Positions 53,271-64,000 of a stretch of 64,000 nt of DNA are shown here, piece after piece. Every line of letters begins with the position of its first letter. Position 1 is the stretch's first letter. The notes under the pieces were generated by a model that saw nothing but the letters and a program-made list of their open reading frames with translations, had not been told where the DNA came from and searched no databases. The DNA is from Vicugna vicugna (taxonomy: Eukaryota), in contig MU058781.1 of NCBI GenBank assembly GCA_013265495.1, positions 3,411,050 to 3,475,049 of the forward strand. The letters are read 5' to 3'. A program made the position numbers and the translations under genes.

Positions 53271-53639
53271 AGCATCTAAGAACACACAGGCACTCTTGGG
53301 CACCCTCCCCATTCTCTGGCGACTTCTGTCACTGTGTGGCGCCCACCCCCTGCCCTTGTGCGTACCAGGTTCACGTCCTGGCTGTGGTGTTCACTTGTTA
53401 TGGATACTTCCATGCCAGCAACAGGAGTGTCATTCCTGTTCCTGGCCATTTGTCATCCCACGTCTAATAAGGCTTTGGTGGCGATGGGTGGGGACCAGAA
53501 GAGCAGCTATTGTTCTTTGCAGACAGGCATGCTCTCTCCTGTCTCCCTAGGGCCACGAGCCTCTTTGTGTTCTAACTGGGCCTGCACAAACAAGGCGAGA
53601 AGCAAGCTCTAGCCTCAGGGTCGGGGGAGAAAGGCAGAG

Positions 53640-53840
53640 GCCACGCTCCCTAAGTTAGGAGGCCACCGCAACGAAAGAAAGGGACTTCTGTGGGAAGAGT
53701 CCGCTTGCCTGCAGGGCTGGGGAGGGGCCGAGGAAGGGGGAGGGTCAGCGGCACGTGACATCACGTCGGTGCCTTTCCTGGGGTTGAAATTGAGGAACTG
53801 AGGAGGCGTTGGTGGTGAGAGCCAGTCCTTCAGAGCACAG
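53640..53840 (+). promoter_or_regulatory. Candidate internal promoter of the short isoform
   Basis: GC/CpG-enriched. RUNX site ACCGCA 53665-53670, E-box CACGTG 53752-53757 overlapping CRE-like TGACATCA 53756-53763, PU.1-type aaattGAGGAActg (core 53792-53797). Confidence 0.6.
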
Positions 53841-53841
53841 G

Positions 53842-53922
53842 ATGGAACAAGAACTCCAGCCACCAACCCAGTCTCATGTATCTCCGACGGCCGGGGAGCT
53901 TAATGACCCGAGGAGGGTATGA
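53842..53922 (+). other. Overlapping upstream ORF (26 aa, MEQELQPPTQSHVSPTAGELNDPRRV)
   Basis: ATG 53842 has A at -3 and G at +4. Stop TGA at 53920-53922. Out of frame with PHACTR1. Confidence 0.5.
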
Positions 53923-54014
53923 TATGGTCCAAAAACTTTTCCTGGATTTTTTCCGCAGGCGACTGAGCCAGAGGCCAACTGCAGAGGAGTTGGAGCAGAG
54001 GAACATTTTGAAAC
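53876..54014 (+). CDS. PHACTR1: Alternative first coding segment of a short PHACTR1 isoform: MYLRRPGSLMTRGGYDMVQKLFLDFFRR + RPEL3 exon
   Basis: ATG at 53876 is 84 nt upstream of, and in frame with, codon CGA at 53960, with no stop between. 28 aa plus the remaining 116 aa (last 30 aa recalled, outside window) gives 144 aa, the size I recall for the macrophage-enriched short isoform. Confidence 0.75.
53959..54014 (+). CDS. PHACTR1: PHACTR1 coding exon (56 nt), RPEL3 core RLSQRPTAEELEQRNILK(P)
   Basis: Acceptor gattttttccgcag|, donor AAC|gtaagt. RPEL consensus RPxxxEL is present and the phases match both neighbours. Confidence 0.97.
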
Positions 54015-54859
54015 GTAAGTGACTGAGCCCACGGCAAGTGCTGGTGCTTTGCGGTGGCTTTGGTTGTTGTTTGATTGGAGGCCACAAGGTTTCTTCCGTG
54101 TGCTCGTGTGGAAATGACTGAGAATCTGGTGGTGGAGCCTTTATCCCCATGTGCTAGAAAATCCAGAACAGAGAAAGAAATCTGAATCCACTAAGTTCAC
54201 GAGGAGCTCGAGGTCTGCAGAGGCTGAAACATTTGAGAGAGAGGACTTATTATTAAATGAGGGTTGGGGTCACCTTGAAACTCAAATTGGCTTAGAAACT
54301 GCAAATGCTATACTGATGGCTAAAAGAAGGCAAGTAGCCATTTGAAAACTGGGACCAGAAAACACAGCTTTCCACGGCCACTGGCTGCTGTTGATAAAAT
54401 GCCTTCTCCCTGAGCGTTAAAGTCTAAGAAGGCATTTGCAGGTGAAAATCTCATGTCCTGGCTCAGGGCTCCCACAGCTGGCCGCTGGTGTGCCTCCCCG
54501 CGCTCTCAGTCAGAAAAACACTCGCTGTCACTCTATTTGTGGGCAGAAAAAAATTAACAGGTCTCTGTTTTGGGTCAGAACACAGAGATATTTGAATAGG
54601 TCCAGAAAATCCATTTGGTGCTTAAAATGTATATTTAAAAAATACTGAAAGAAATCTCATGGACACTGGTATGCCCCAGTTTAGGGGGAGAAAGACAGTC
54701 ATTAAAAAGAACCTGTCTGACCATGTCAGTTCCATCATTGCTACACTCTGACCAGCACCGCTCTCAAGATGGTCAACAGATAATATTTTTAGGTTAATTC
54801 ATGACCTTTCTCCCCACACACCCATCCCTTTCTAATTTCTCTCCAGAAAAGAGAAACAG

Positions 54860-55230
54860 AAGCTACGCAGAGTTTCACAGAGCTGCTGTGTTGCGCACGT
54901 GAGCACAGACCCGCACACACGCGCGCCAGTCACGTGAGGCCTCGCGCTGCGTGGCTGGGTATTTCCACTTAGACTAAGCCCAGGCGTTCTTGATTTTACT
55001 TTTCGCCCCTTCCTCGTTGTGGCCTGTGACTTGGTCGGCATCAGATGGCTCGCTGAGGGTGAGGAGCCGTGGCGTGGCACCAGGAAGGCCGTGGGGGAGG
55101 TGCGGGGCCCACAGCCCCCCAGAGCACCCCGCCGCCCGCCCCAGCATCCCGCCCCTGCGCAGGCCGCTCCCGCACCTCTCAGCGGAGGTCGCCCTCAGCG
55201 TTGGCCTCCCTCAGCCCTCCGGGCTCCTCC
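54860..55230. promoter_or_regulatory. Small CpG-rich island with two E-boxes and GC boxes
   Basis: Dense CpG (gcgcgcc, ctcgcgctgcg, ccccgccgcccgcccc). CACGTG at 54896-54901 and GTCACGTGA at 54929-54937. Confidence 0.6.
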
Positions 55231-58200
55231 CATTTCCAGATGTCTAGGAAGCTGTGTGTAGGATTACACGCTTTCTAACGGGGGGGGGGGGCTTGGGGGG
55301 AGGCTTTAAGTCTATAAGGTTTAACAGGCCGTGAAACAGAGTCAGAACTCTTGCAGGAGGTGCTCCTGGTCGGGGAAGCGTTTGGCGTCTGTGGCGTCTC
55401 CCTTTCTGCCCCACCCTGGTACCTGACAGGTTATCAGCTTTCCACTGTTAGAGAAAGAAAAATAGGAAGTGACCGTTTATTCCTAAAAAGAGAAATCAGG
55501 TGGCCGTACTTCCTTCTTCCCCTGCGGCTTCACCCCCAGCCCCACGCGTGCCTCACACGGACCCGCTGTCTTCGGTAGGAACCTCTGGACAGTTTACCGA
55601 TGGGGCCGCACGGTGCCTGTGGCCCCTGAGCTGACTCTCAGACGTGAAGGAGCTGAAACCTTCTGGGGACTTGCTCAGGTTTCAGAAGACAGCACTCCTC
55701 TCGGCAAGGGCAAGGGCGTCGGAAAGAGATGGCCCAGAACCCCTGCTCACCTGGCTTCCTGAAGGCGCCGGCTCCCATGTCTGGCTCACCCGGATCCGTG
55801 GGAGACGCCGGGCTGGTCCTTGGAGTGAGGTTGTTCCCGCCCTCCAGAAAGATGCTCGGGTCTCAGAGACCATTCCTTGCATCTAGTAAGCTGGGGGGCT
55901 CAGGTTCAGGGGAGCAGAGGGCTTTTAAGAATGTTCCCACCGGTTCCCTTTCATTCTGTTCCCTTCCTCCTTGTCCTATCCAAATAGGTGCAGATTAAAG
56001 AACCACCTGACCAAATTCAAGCAGGGCCAGCATTCCAGAGTTTCAGAGCTTTATGGAAATGAGCTCGTTTTTATTCCTAAATATGTTTTTCTTTCTGTTT
56101 TAAATCTATTGTGATTGTTAAACAAGAAGTGTTTAGTGGTCTCAGAAAATAGCCTCCAGTGATATAGTCTCAGGTTAATTGGGCTCTAAATCACAGGATG
56201 AACCACCCCTCTAAGGGGCAGGAGAGAGGTAGGCAGAGGCGGAGAGGCTGGGCGGTGGGGCTTTGAGAGCCTGGCCCACCTTCCAGCCCCAGGCTGCCGG
56301 GCCCTGTAGGCAGCACTTGCTCTGTTCAGCAGCCAGTGAGACACTGTGCAGGTCTGAGCACATAATGAGCCTCTGATGGTGGCAGCAGGTGATGACTTCT
56401 GGCCCCTCCCTGGTCTCCCTCCCCCTTGCCCAATGGGGTTGCCTCCGTACCCAGTGCCTGAGAATTCATGACCTTGGGTTTATAAATGGCTTTGAACTAA
56501 AGGTATTGATTCCATAGGTGGTAGTTGGGGCCTCCACCCCTCAGAGGGACCTCAGGGACACAAGCAGGAGAGGGCAGCTCCATGCTGTATCGCAGGATGC
56601 CGACTTCCACAGCCTGGAAGGGGTCCTGTAGGATGGGGAGGCCCCGCCTGGAGTCTGAGGCCAGTAACCTGTAATGAGAAGGAGGGCTGGTCCCAGGCAA
56701 AATGTGTTGGGGGGAAGAGGCAGTGTGTTCCAGCAGGAAAAAGAGCTGGGCTGTTTGTCTAACTAATTAGCCACGAGCGTGTGGCCGACCGCTCCACTCC
56801 CCTGGGCTTTCGTAGCCTCATTTCCAAACCAAGGGCGGTAGACCAGGTGGTCTCTCGGGCCCCTCCTGGCCCTAATGTTCTGTGAGTCTGTGCATTTTAA
56901 CCCAGTGCCCTGCAGCTACCTCCTGGGCGTTCAGCATCCTCCCTAGACCTTTCCTTTCATTCTCCCTCCCGCCTGCAAATGCAGCTGTGTGGGGGCTCCC
57001 TTCTCCTGGGTCTGGCTGTCTGCCTCCCAGCGTATCTCTGTTAGTTCATGCTAAGATATTAATGACTGGCCAATTTAACAGGCTTTTATCCAAGGGATAT
57101 TCACACATTTATAAAAGGAACTCTGGGAGGGAGGACCTTTTAAGTTCAGAGGAAGGAGCTCGTGGGGTCTGGGGCACTGTGGAGCATGCAGCAGGGGGCT
57201 CCAGTGACCCTGGCCCACAGCAGGCTGTGGGCATTTCAGGTGCTGCCCTCATTTAAGACCCTGATCCCCACAGGCAGTCACAGTAGCCAAACTGTGCCCC
57301 TGGGGGCATCACTCGAGGGCCCGAGTCCTGCTCTGAAGCACCATCATTCCTTCTAGCGGGAGGTGATGCCACCTGCGGTATGAGTTGGCTGTGGTCGTGG
57401 TTGCTGCTGTCGGGCTGGCAAGGAGGGGTCGGGGGACCCCACTTCTAGGCACAGAGGTCCCTCTTTTAAAGATCTGTCCTATACTGAGTCGATGGAACAG
57501 CGAGGGCACGCTGACACGATAAGTTAAGGGAGTTATTGGAACATCATTTACAACAGTGATTTCAAAGCGAGGGATTAAGTGCTCTGGGCCCTCTTTGGTA
57601 CAGCCCGTACCAAAACCAGCGCGGAGTGGTGTCCGCTCACAAATGCTGTTCTCAGTTCAGCAGACGAGAAGCAGAGGCGTTAGACCCAGGTTGACTTTCA
57701 TGATTGTGCGCAAGCTAGACAATGTCATGTTGGCATCCAAGGTTCCATTCCAAAGCCCAGAAGGAAAGTGATGCCCCGAAGGTCATCCAGTGACTTAAAT
57801 ACACCCACCCTCTGCCCTCTGCATCTCTGCTCCCTTCCCCAGACCCTCTCACCTCCGGCGCTTTACACATCTGACGAGTCAGTCACCCCACATATTAAGC
57901 TGAGAACGGTTAAGCTCTGAAGTCTGCTCGCCTAAGACACTCCTCAAGAGTCCAAATGCAGGCAATTGTCTCCCACACTGTGGCCTCACACATGCTCTGT
58001 GGACTTCTTGGAAGATTCAAAGAATTAATGGAATCAGGGCTTGGAAAAGGTGAGCATTTTGAACTTCCAGCCTCGTGTTTGGTGTCAGCTGGGCCTCGTT
58101 TTGTTTCTGCAGTGGGTGGCAGGTGCCCCCACCAGGCCCGTCTTCTGTTCCATCTGCGCAGGGCACCAGACACGAGGGCCACGTCACAGTGAGTCGCTGT

Positions 58201-58605
58201 GAGGATCGAGGCAGCACTGAGTGAGGCCCAGGTCTTACCCAGAGAAGGGAGCCTCACCAATCCCCAGATGCCCGTGTCACTGCGGACAGCACCCACTCTT
58301 TTAGGACCAACTTCTTTGTCTTGTGGCCCCACTCCCTCAACCCAGCATTTCTGCCTGGAGACTCAGAACCCCGTGTGACATAAAGAAAACAAAATAAGGT
58401 CAACCTGCTCACCACCAATTTGAAACAGTGCAGGCAGTTTGGAAAGTGTCCCCACAGGCAGAAGGCTGGCCAGGGTAAGGGATGGGAACTCTCCCTGCCT
58501 TTTCAAACTGTAGGTGCTTGGCCTAGAACCCGCAGAGGATCAGAGGGTGCACCTGAGCAGGACACTGCTTACCAACGTCAAAAGCGTCTTTTGTGTGTGT
58601 TTCAG

Positions 58606-58667
58606 CTCGGAATGAACAAGAGGAACAAGAGGAGAAAAGAGAAATCAAGAGGAGGTTAACTCGAAAG
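58606..58667 (+). CDS. PHACTR1: PHACTR1 coding exon (62 nt), RPEL3-4 linker RNEQEEQEEKREIKRRLTRK
   Basis: Acceptor tgtgtgtttcag|, donor AAG|gtaaga. Starts phase 1 (C+CT=Pro) and ends phase 0. Confidence 0.96.
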
Positions 58668-60136
58668 GTAAGACGTTCTCTGTGCTGAGCTGGGAGGGGA
58701 GGGGGTGACCGACCCCACTCCTGCGCTCTGTGTTGGCCTTGCAGCTGCCCTTGGGAGTGACGTTAATGGTCCCCCTCCTCGGGTGTCGGAGCACACAACT
58801 GTCTGGCCTCTCCAGAGGACAGAGGTCAAGTCAGCTTCATGACCCTCAGTCCTTTTGGATGGTGACATCCTGTGTTGTAGACTTTGTGACACTGACCTAC
58901 CTCCAAGCAACTTAATGTCAGGTGCCTTGTATCTTCAGTTACAGTGAATATTTATTTTTTAAAAATTCACTCTAAGCCCATCAAGCAGTTGGAAATTCAT
59001 CATCCAAATCAATAGTTCAAATATCTGTTATTTGCTATGAGCCTGGGAAAGTATGTTTTCCTTGTCTCCTTTAATACTGTTCATAACCTATTACCTAAGA
59101 ACTATTTAGTTTCTCATGCTAAATCCAGTTTGAAGTACTGAATTAGGAAAATGCCAAAAGTACTGACCAAAAGTACTGATAAAGCTAATGAAGATATTTG
59201 AGAAGCACTTAGATAAAGATAAAAGGCAGAAAGCTAGAATTTTTGTGTACTTTTAACCCCCAAAATAGATGGTTTGGAAATGTGGTGTAGAACCAAGTGG
59301 ATCTAATCCTACAAGTGGCCCCTTTGATAATAAATTCTTACTTGGGTGATGTTGACAAATTTAATTGATGACACGTAAGATATAAATGCTGTATTCTGCC
59401 TGACTAGTGTTTTTAATCAGCCTCCTACAGTGACCATCTTGAGAGAAGGATACTCAAAGCTTAGAGACAGTTAAGAGACCCATTAAAATTAATCTTTTAA
59501 AAGTTTATTAATGGATCTTTCTCCCTGGAAATATTATGCAAAGGAAGAAATTCAGAGATCCTAAAATACCATACCAATTACTGAGGAGGTGATTTGCGAT
59601 TCTCAACAGTTTATCTCCCTCGCAGCATCCCAGACATCTGGTGACAAGCCAAACGCCACCCCAGTTGAGAGAAACAGGAGAAACAAGGGCCTGGCAGGCC
59701 AGCGACAGGCTGGGGCCCCCGGTGGGAAACCAGAACAAGAGTTAAGGAACCTCACTTCCGCCAGGTGCCCCCACTCCAGTCCAAGTCTGACTCTTAACAT
59801 CCTTAAGGCCACCTAGCCTTTGACATCAGGCATCCCTTTTCCTGAGCCAGAGCAGTGAGGAGGACCAGGGGAGGTGCATTAGATTGTTCTAAGTGTGTCC
59901 TTGAAATATCAAGGACATCAAAAGGAGACTGGTGATAACCTGTCACGTCTGACACAGAAAGGTCTAGACATTTCAGAAAAAAATGTTTTCATCTGATTTT
60001 CATAAAATTCATTGCCGTTGATTGCTGGGACCCCAAAATTCTCCTAACCTTTAGGGTTTCTTGCTAAAAACTAGTAATAGGAAAAGATTTGGTCGTGCAC
60101 TTAATTCTCATCTCTTTAAAAATAGTATATAATTTT

Positions 60137-60221
60137 GGAGGGAAGGTATAGCTCAGTGGTAGAGCGAATGCTTAGCATGCAAGAGGTCCTGGGTTCAATA
60201 CCTAGAACCTCCATTTAAAAA
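60137..60221 (+). mobile_element. tRNA-Ala-derived SINE, camelid Vic-1 type
   Basis: ggagggaaggtatagctcagtggtagagcgaatgcttagcatgcaagaggtcctgggttcaatacc... with Pol III A box (tagctcagtgg), B box (ggttcaatacc) and A tail. TSD aatagtatataatttt (60121-60136) / aagagtatatgatttt (60222-60237). Confidence 0.88.
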
Positions 60222-62848
60222 AAGAGTATATGATTTTTTAGGGGAAAACTTGACTAACTGAATGATTTGGCAGGAGGGGGCGAGAGAAGAGGGTTTCCTC
60301 CCACACACATCTCCCCTAGGAGGGGTGATGCTAGGGGTGGGTACCCCCAAACACCCATAGTTTTTGCAAGTCATCAAGACAAGGTAATGCCTCTTCCTCC
60401 TCCTCGTTGCCTCTCCTTCCTTCTCTCAGGAAAATGGCCTTGTAATTTCAGCGTTTGCCCTCCCCTGGGCCTGGCTTGGCGAATAAGAAATAATGAACTT
60501 GAATGAAGGGATAACTGTTTATAAGGGAGAGACCGGATGCAGCTTTCACATCAGGTGTTGTCAGCAGAGATGTGGAGCCAGCCGGCAGGCAGAGAATCCA
60601 CACCACCTCCTGGCTCTGGGCGAGTTCTGCTCCTCGTGAGCCTTTATCTCAGCAAGACCAGATGCCAGCGATGGTGACTGCCTTTCGCCTCCTTCCCCTC
60701 AGCCCGAGGATTTCCTCAATTCCGTTCTGTTTACGTTTAAGGCACTGAGGAAAATGAAACTGTAGCGAATACTGATAGCAACGGACCAGTCATTTTCTTC
60801 GGCCAAACTGAGACCAACCTAAAAATTATATGCTTTGTCTTTTATTAGTCTGCCTCCCACTTCCCTCCAAAAAAACGCTAGCCGGATGGATGAATGGGAA
60901 GAAGGGAGGGAGGCGGATGGATGGAAGCAAGGAAGGGAAGACATGCATCTGGGTCAGCTTGTAATAACAGCAAACTTTGGGTCCCACCTTACCCTTTTGT
61001 TTGAGTATTTGGTTACCAATGATGATATTGGTGCCATAGACTGAAAAATAACGCTGTCAGCCTCTACACCCTACCCCTTCTTCCAGCCCTCATCCACAGA
61101 AAACCAACTTTGGCTGCAAAGATTATTTCCTTAGCATCCGAGGAAGTACCTTGGGTTCAAGTGCCCCAAGGGCTACAGCCAGCTGTGAGCTGAAGGCACA
61201 TCTCCTGAGCCCCATGTGGCCGGGCAGGAGCCCACGCTCACGGCAGAGTCTGGGCGGTTGTTAGTCGGAGATGCTCCCAGCGGAAGCAGTTGCTGCCCTC
61301 CTCACTCACTCCCTGGTAGTACTTGGGCGCAGTCCCATCTTGATTTGGAGAGGTTGTGTCTAAGGTCCCCATGGGATTCAGGCATGAAACATAGCCCCTC
61401 GCCTGCAGAGCCAACCTCTAGTTTTCTGTTCAGTCCAGACTCTACCATGGACAGGCTATTTGCAAAATCCAAGTCATGATTTCCAGAAATCTAAATTAGA
61501 GACTGTGCTTAACCACCTTTCTTATGTCATGGCACACTTAGTAAAGAGTGCTGTTCGTCCGACAGCCCAGGGTAACTTCACTGGTACTTAGAAGCACAAA
61601 CTGGGGCTTGGGGCAGGAGTCCTTATTCTTCGTGGTGTTTGGTGGCCGCCTGCGTGGGTGTGACGGTGGCACAGAGCTCCCTGCCCTGGCATCTGGGAGT
61701 CAGGCTGGACCACCGTTTTTGTTCACAGCAGCCCCAGCCATGGAGGCTGGGAAACCTCTGGTTCCCTGTGACAGGCCACCACTGATGCCAAAATGTCCCA
61801 TCCCTGGAAAACCAGGGCCACCTCAGGACAGACTGGACCCACTGTGAGGGGGGCTGCACAGAGTCTAGACAAAGGGGGCAAGTTCCACAGCCCAGGAGGC
61901 CTCTGGCCCCCAGATCTTCCTGCGCTGGGCCAGGGCAGAGCTGCAGGCTGCGTTGGTCCTGTCAGAGTCTTGTACCTGTCATCATCCTATGCAGCACCAG
62001 CCAGGCCGTCACCTAATTATGCTCTTCCGTTGTTGGCCGGTTGGCAGCAAGTTGGAACATTCTGGCACCAGCCAAAGGTGCATGGCAGCTGCACGATACA
62101 GAGTCAAAACAGCCAGGGTGGTTTGCATTCACTTGCGTGTGTTTGTTTTATAGGCCTTTGTGGTAAGATTCTGTCTGACTGCATCTTCTTTTAATAGAAT
62201 TAAATACAGTCTAGGGCTTGGAGGAAAAATTGCCTTTAAATAACATCGGTTGAACATGAGTTGACAGCATCCTAGAGAGAGAGCCCCTGTGCTGCTCCAG
62301 AAGAAATAAGCCTGGTGACAGGAAGGGATAATAGAAATGTCAGCCTTATGTTGTTAAAGCTCAAAGGAAAGAGGGGTGCCCGTGGGCTACCCGGGAGAGG
62401 GTTAAATAAATCACTCGTTTCACTCCTTCACCGCGAACCCATCCGAACGGCCCATTGCGAGTCTCCCTTGGCAACAACACGGCCTGCTGTGTGTGTGGAC
62501 CCCCCTTTCATTTGACCTCGTAAATCAATATATTCCCATTCCTGCACACCCTAGAGTTTGTGTACTGTTTGCACGTACACTGTGTGTGTGTCTAAAGAAC
62601 ATAAAAGGTTACGAATCCACCTTGCGGACAGCACTGCCTTTGACACACAGAGGTGGGCTCACAAATCCAAAACAATGCAGAGCCGTTGTGTAAGGTTTCT
62701 GTCACCTGATGGGAGAGACAGGACAGATGTGGGAAAATCCTTGCCCACAAGGAAAGACAAACTGCTTGTCAAGACCAAGACACTGCAGTGTGCTTAAGAA
62801 AGAGACCGCCTGGCTGTCCATGTGAACAGGCCTGGAGCTGGCTCATGA

Positions 62849-63487
<639 letters not shown>

Positions 63488-64000
63488 TGACAATAAGGAG
63501 ACACTGGGGTACATCAGGGACCATCTCCTAGAGCCCTGCCTCTGCCCCATCCTTCCCCGGCTAGTGACTTCCTGCCACGACACAGGAGGTCCCTCCAGCC
63601 CAGCCTCTGGCTGGAGGGTGAGCCCGGGGAACTTGCTTCTGTATTTGGTGAGGCTGGACGTGGCCAAAGGCAGACACGTCTCCCAGAAACGGCCTCCTGT
63701 TGGGGTGGGTCCACCCTTCTCTCCTCACCCAGATCTTGATCTGTGGAAGCCTCTGCTCTCCTCTGCCAACACGGCACTCCCCTCCTCCCTTCATGACCCA
63801 GTCCCCGGGGCAGTTGTGTCCTGTAGATGTGACCAGAGGAAGGACCGTGGCCTCGCTTTCTTGTTTACACACCCACTGCGGTGCACCTGCGTACCAGGAG
63901 GCAGGAACTAGCCAATGTCAAGGGGAAGTCTAGGCCACCTCCACGAAACGTGCTCAGGTTCTCAGTGGCTGGTGGGCAGGAGCATCTCCAGTTCCTCAAA

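Noticed and set aside
52698..53312. Minus-strand ORFs as host genes
   Set aside because: Fragmented L1 ORF2 remnants. The same applies to 45959-46168.
60137..60213. Functional tRNA-Ala gene
   Set aside because: It has an A tail, a target-site duplication and an imperfect acceptor stem, which fits a SINE insertion.

Overview
Mammalian genomic DNA, most likely a camelid, judged from a tRNA-Ala-derived Vic-1-type SINE with target-site duplication. The window is the 3' half of PHACTR1 (phosphatase and actin regulator 1) on the + strand. Six internal coding exons (4994-5315, 21984-22234, 24175-24331, 53959-54014, 58606-58667, 63029-63169) have GT-AG boundaries and splice into one continuous frame. 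They encode the Pro-rich region, an acidic tract, RPEL motifs 2-4 and most of the PP1-binding C-terminus. The upstream exons and the final coding exons lie outside the window. The rest is intron, containing L1 3' ends, MIR, L2, CR1/L3, MER5, MER20, Tigger2-type elements, MLT1 LTRs and microsatellites. The most interesting region is ~53600-55600. It holds an internal promoter (PU.1, E-box, CRE-like and RUNX motifs) and an in-frame 28-codon intronic extension that would give a short ~144-aa isoform. A strong-Kozak overlapping uORF covers the first two in-frame ATGs and stops 1 nt before a third, strong ATG. A small CpG-rich island follows. Other points of note are a tandemly duplicated perfect CArG box and two twin-primed (5'-inverted) L1 insertions. 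There are no prokaryotic-type systems, and nearly all ORF-track entries are spurious or repeat-derived. Repeat family calls are by eye and boundaries of old repeats are approximate.
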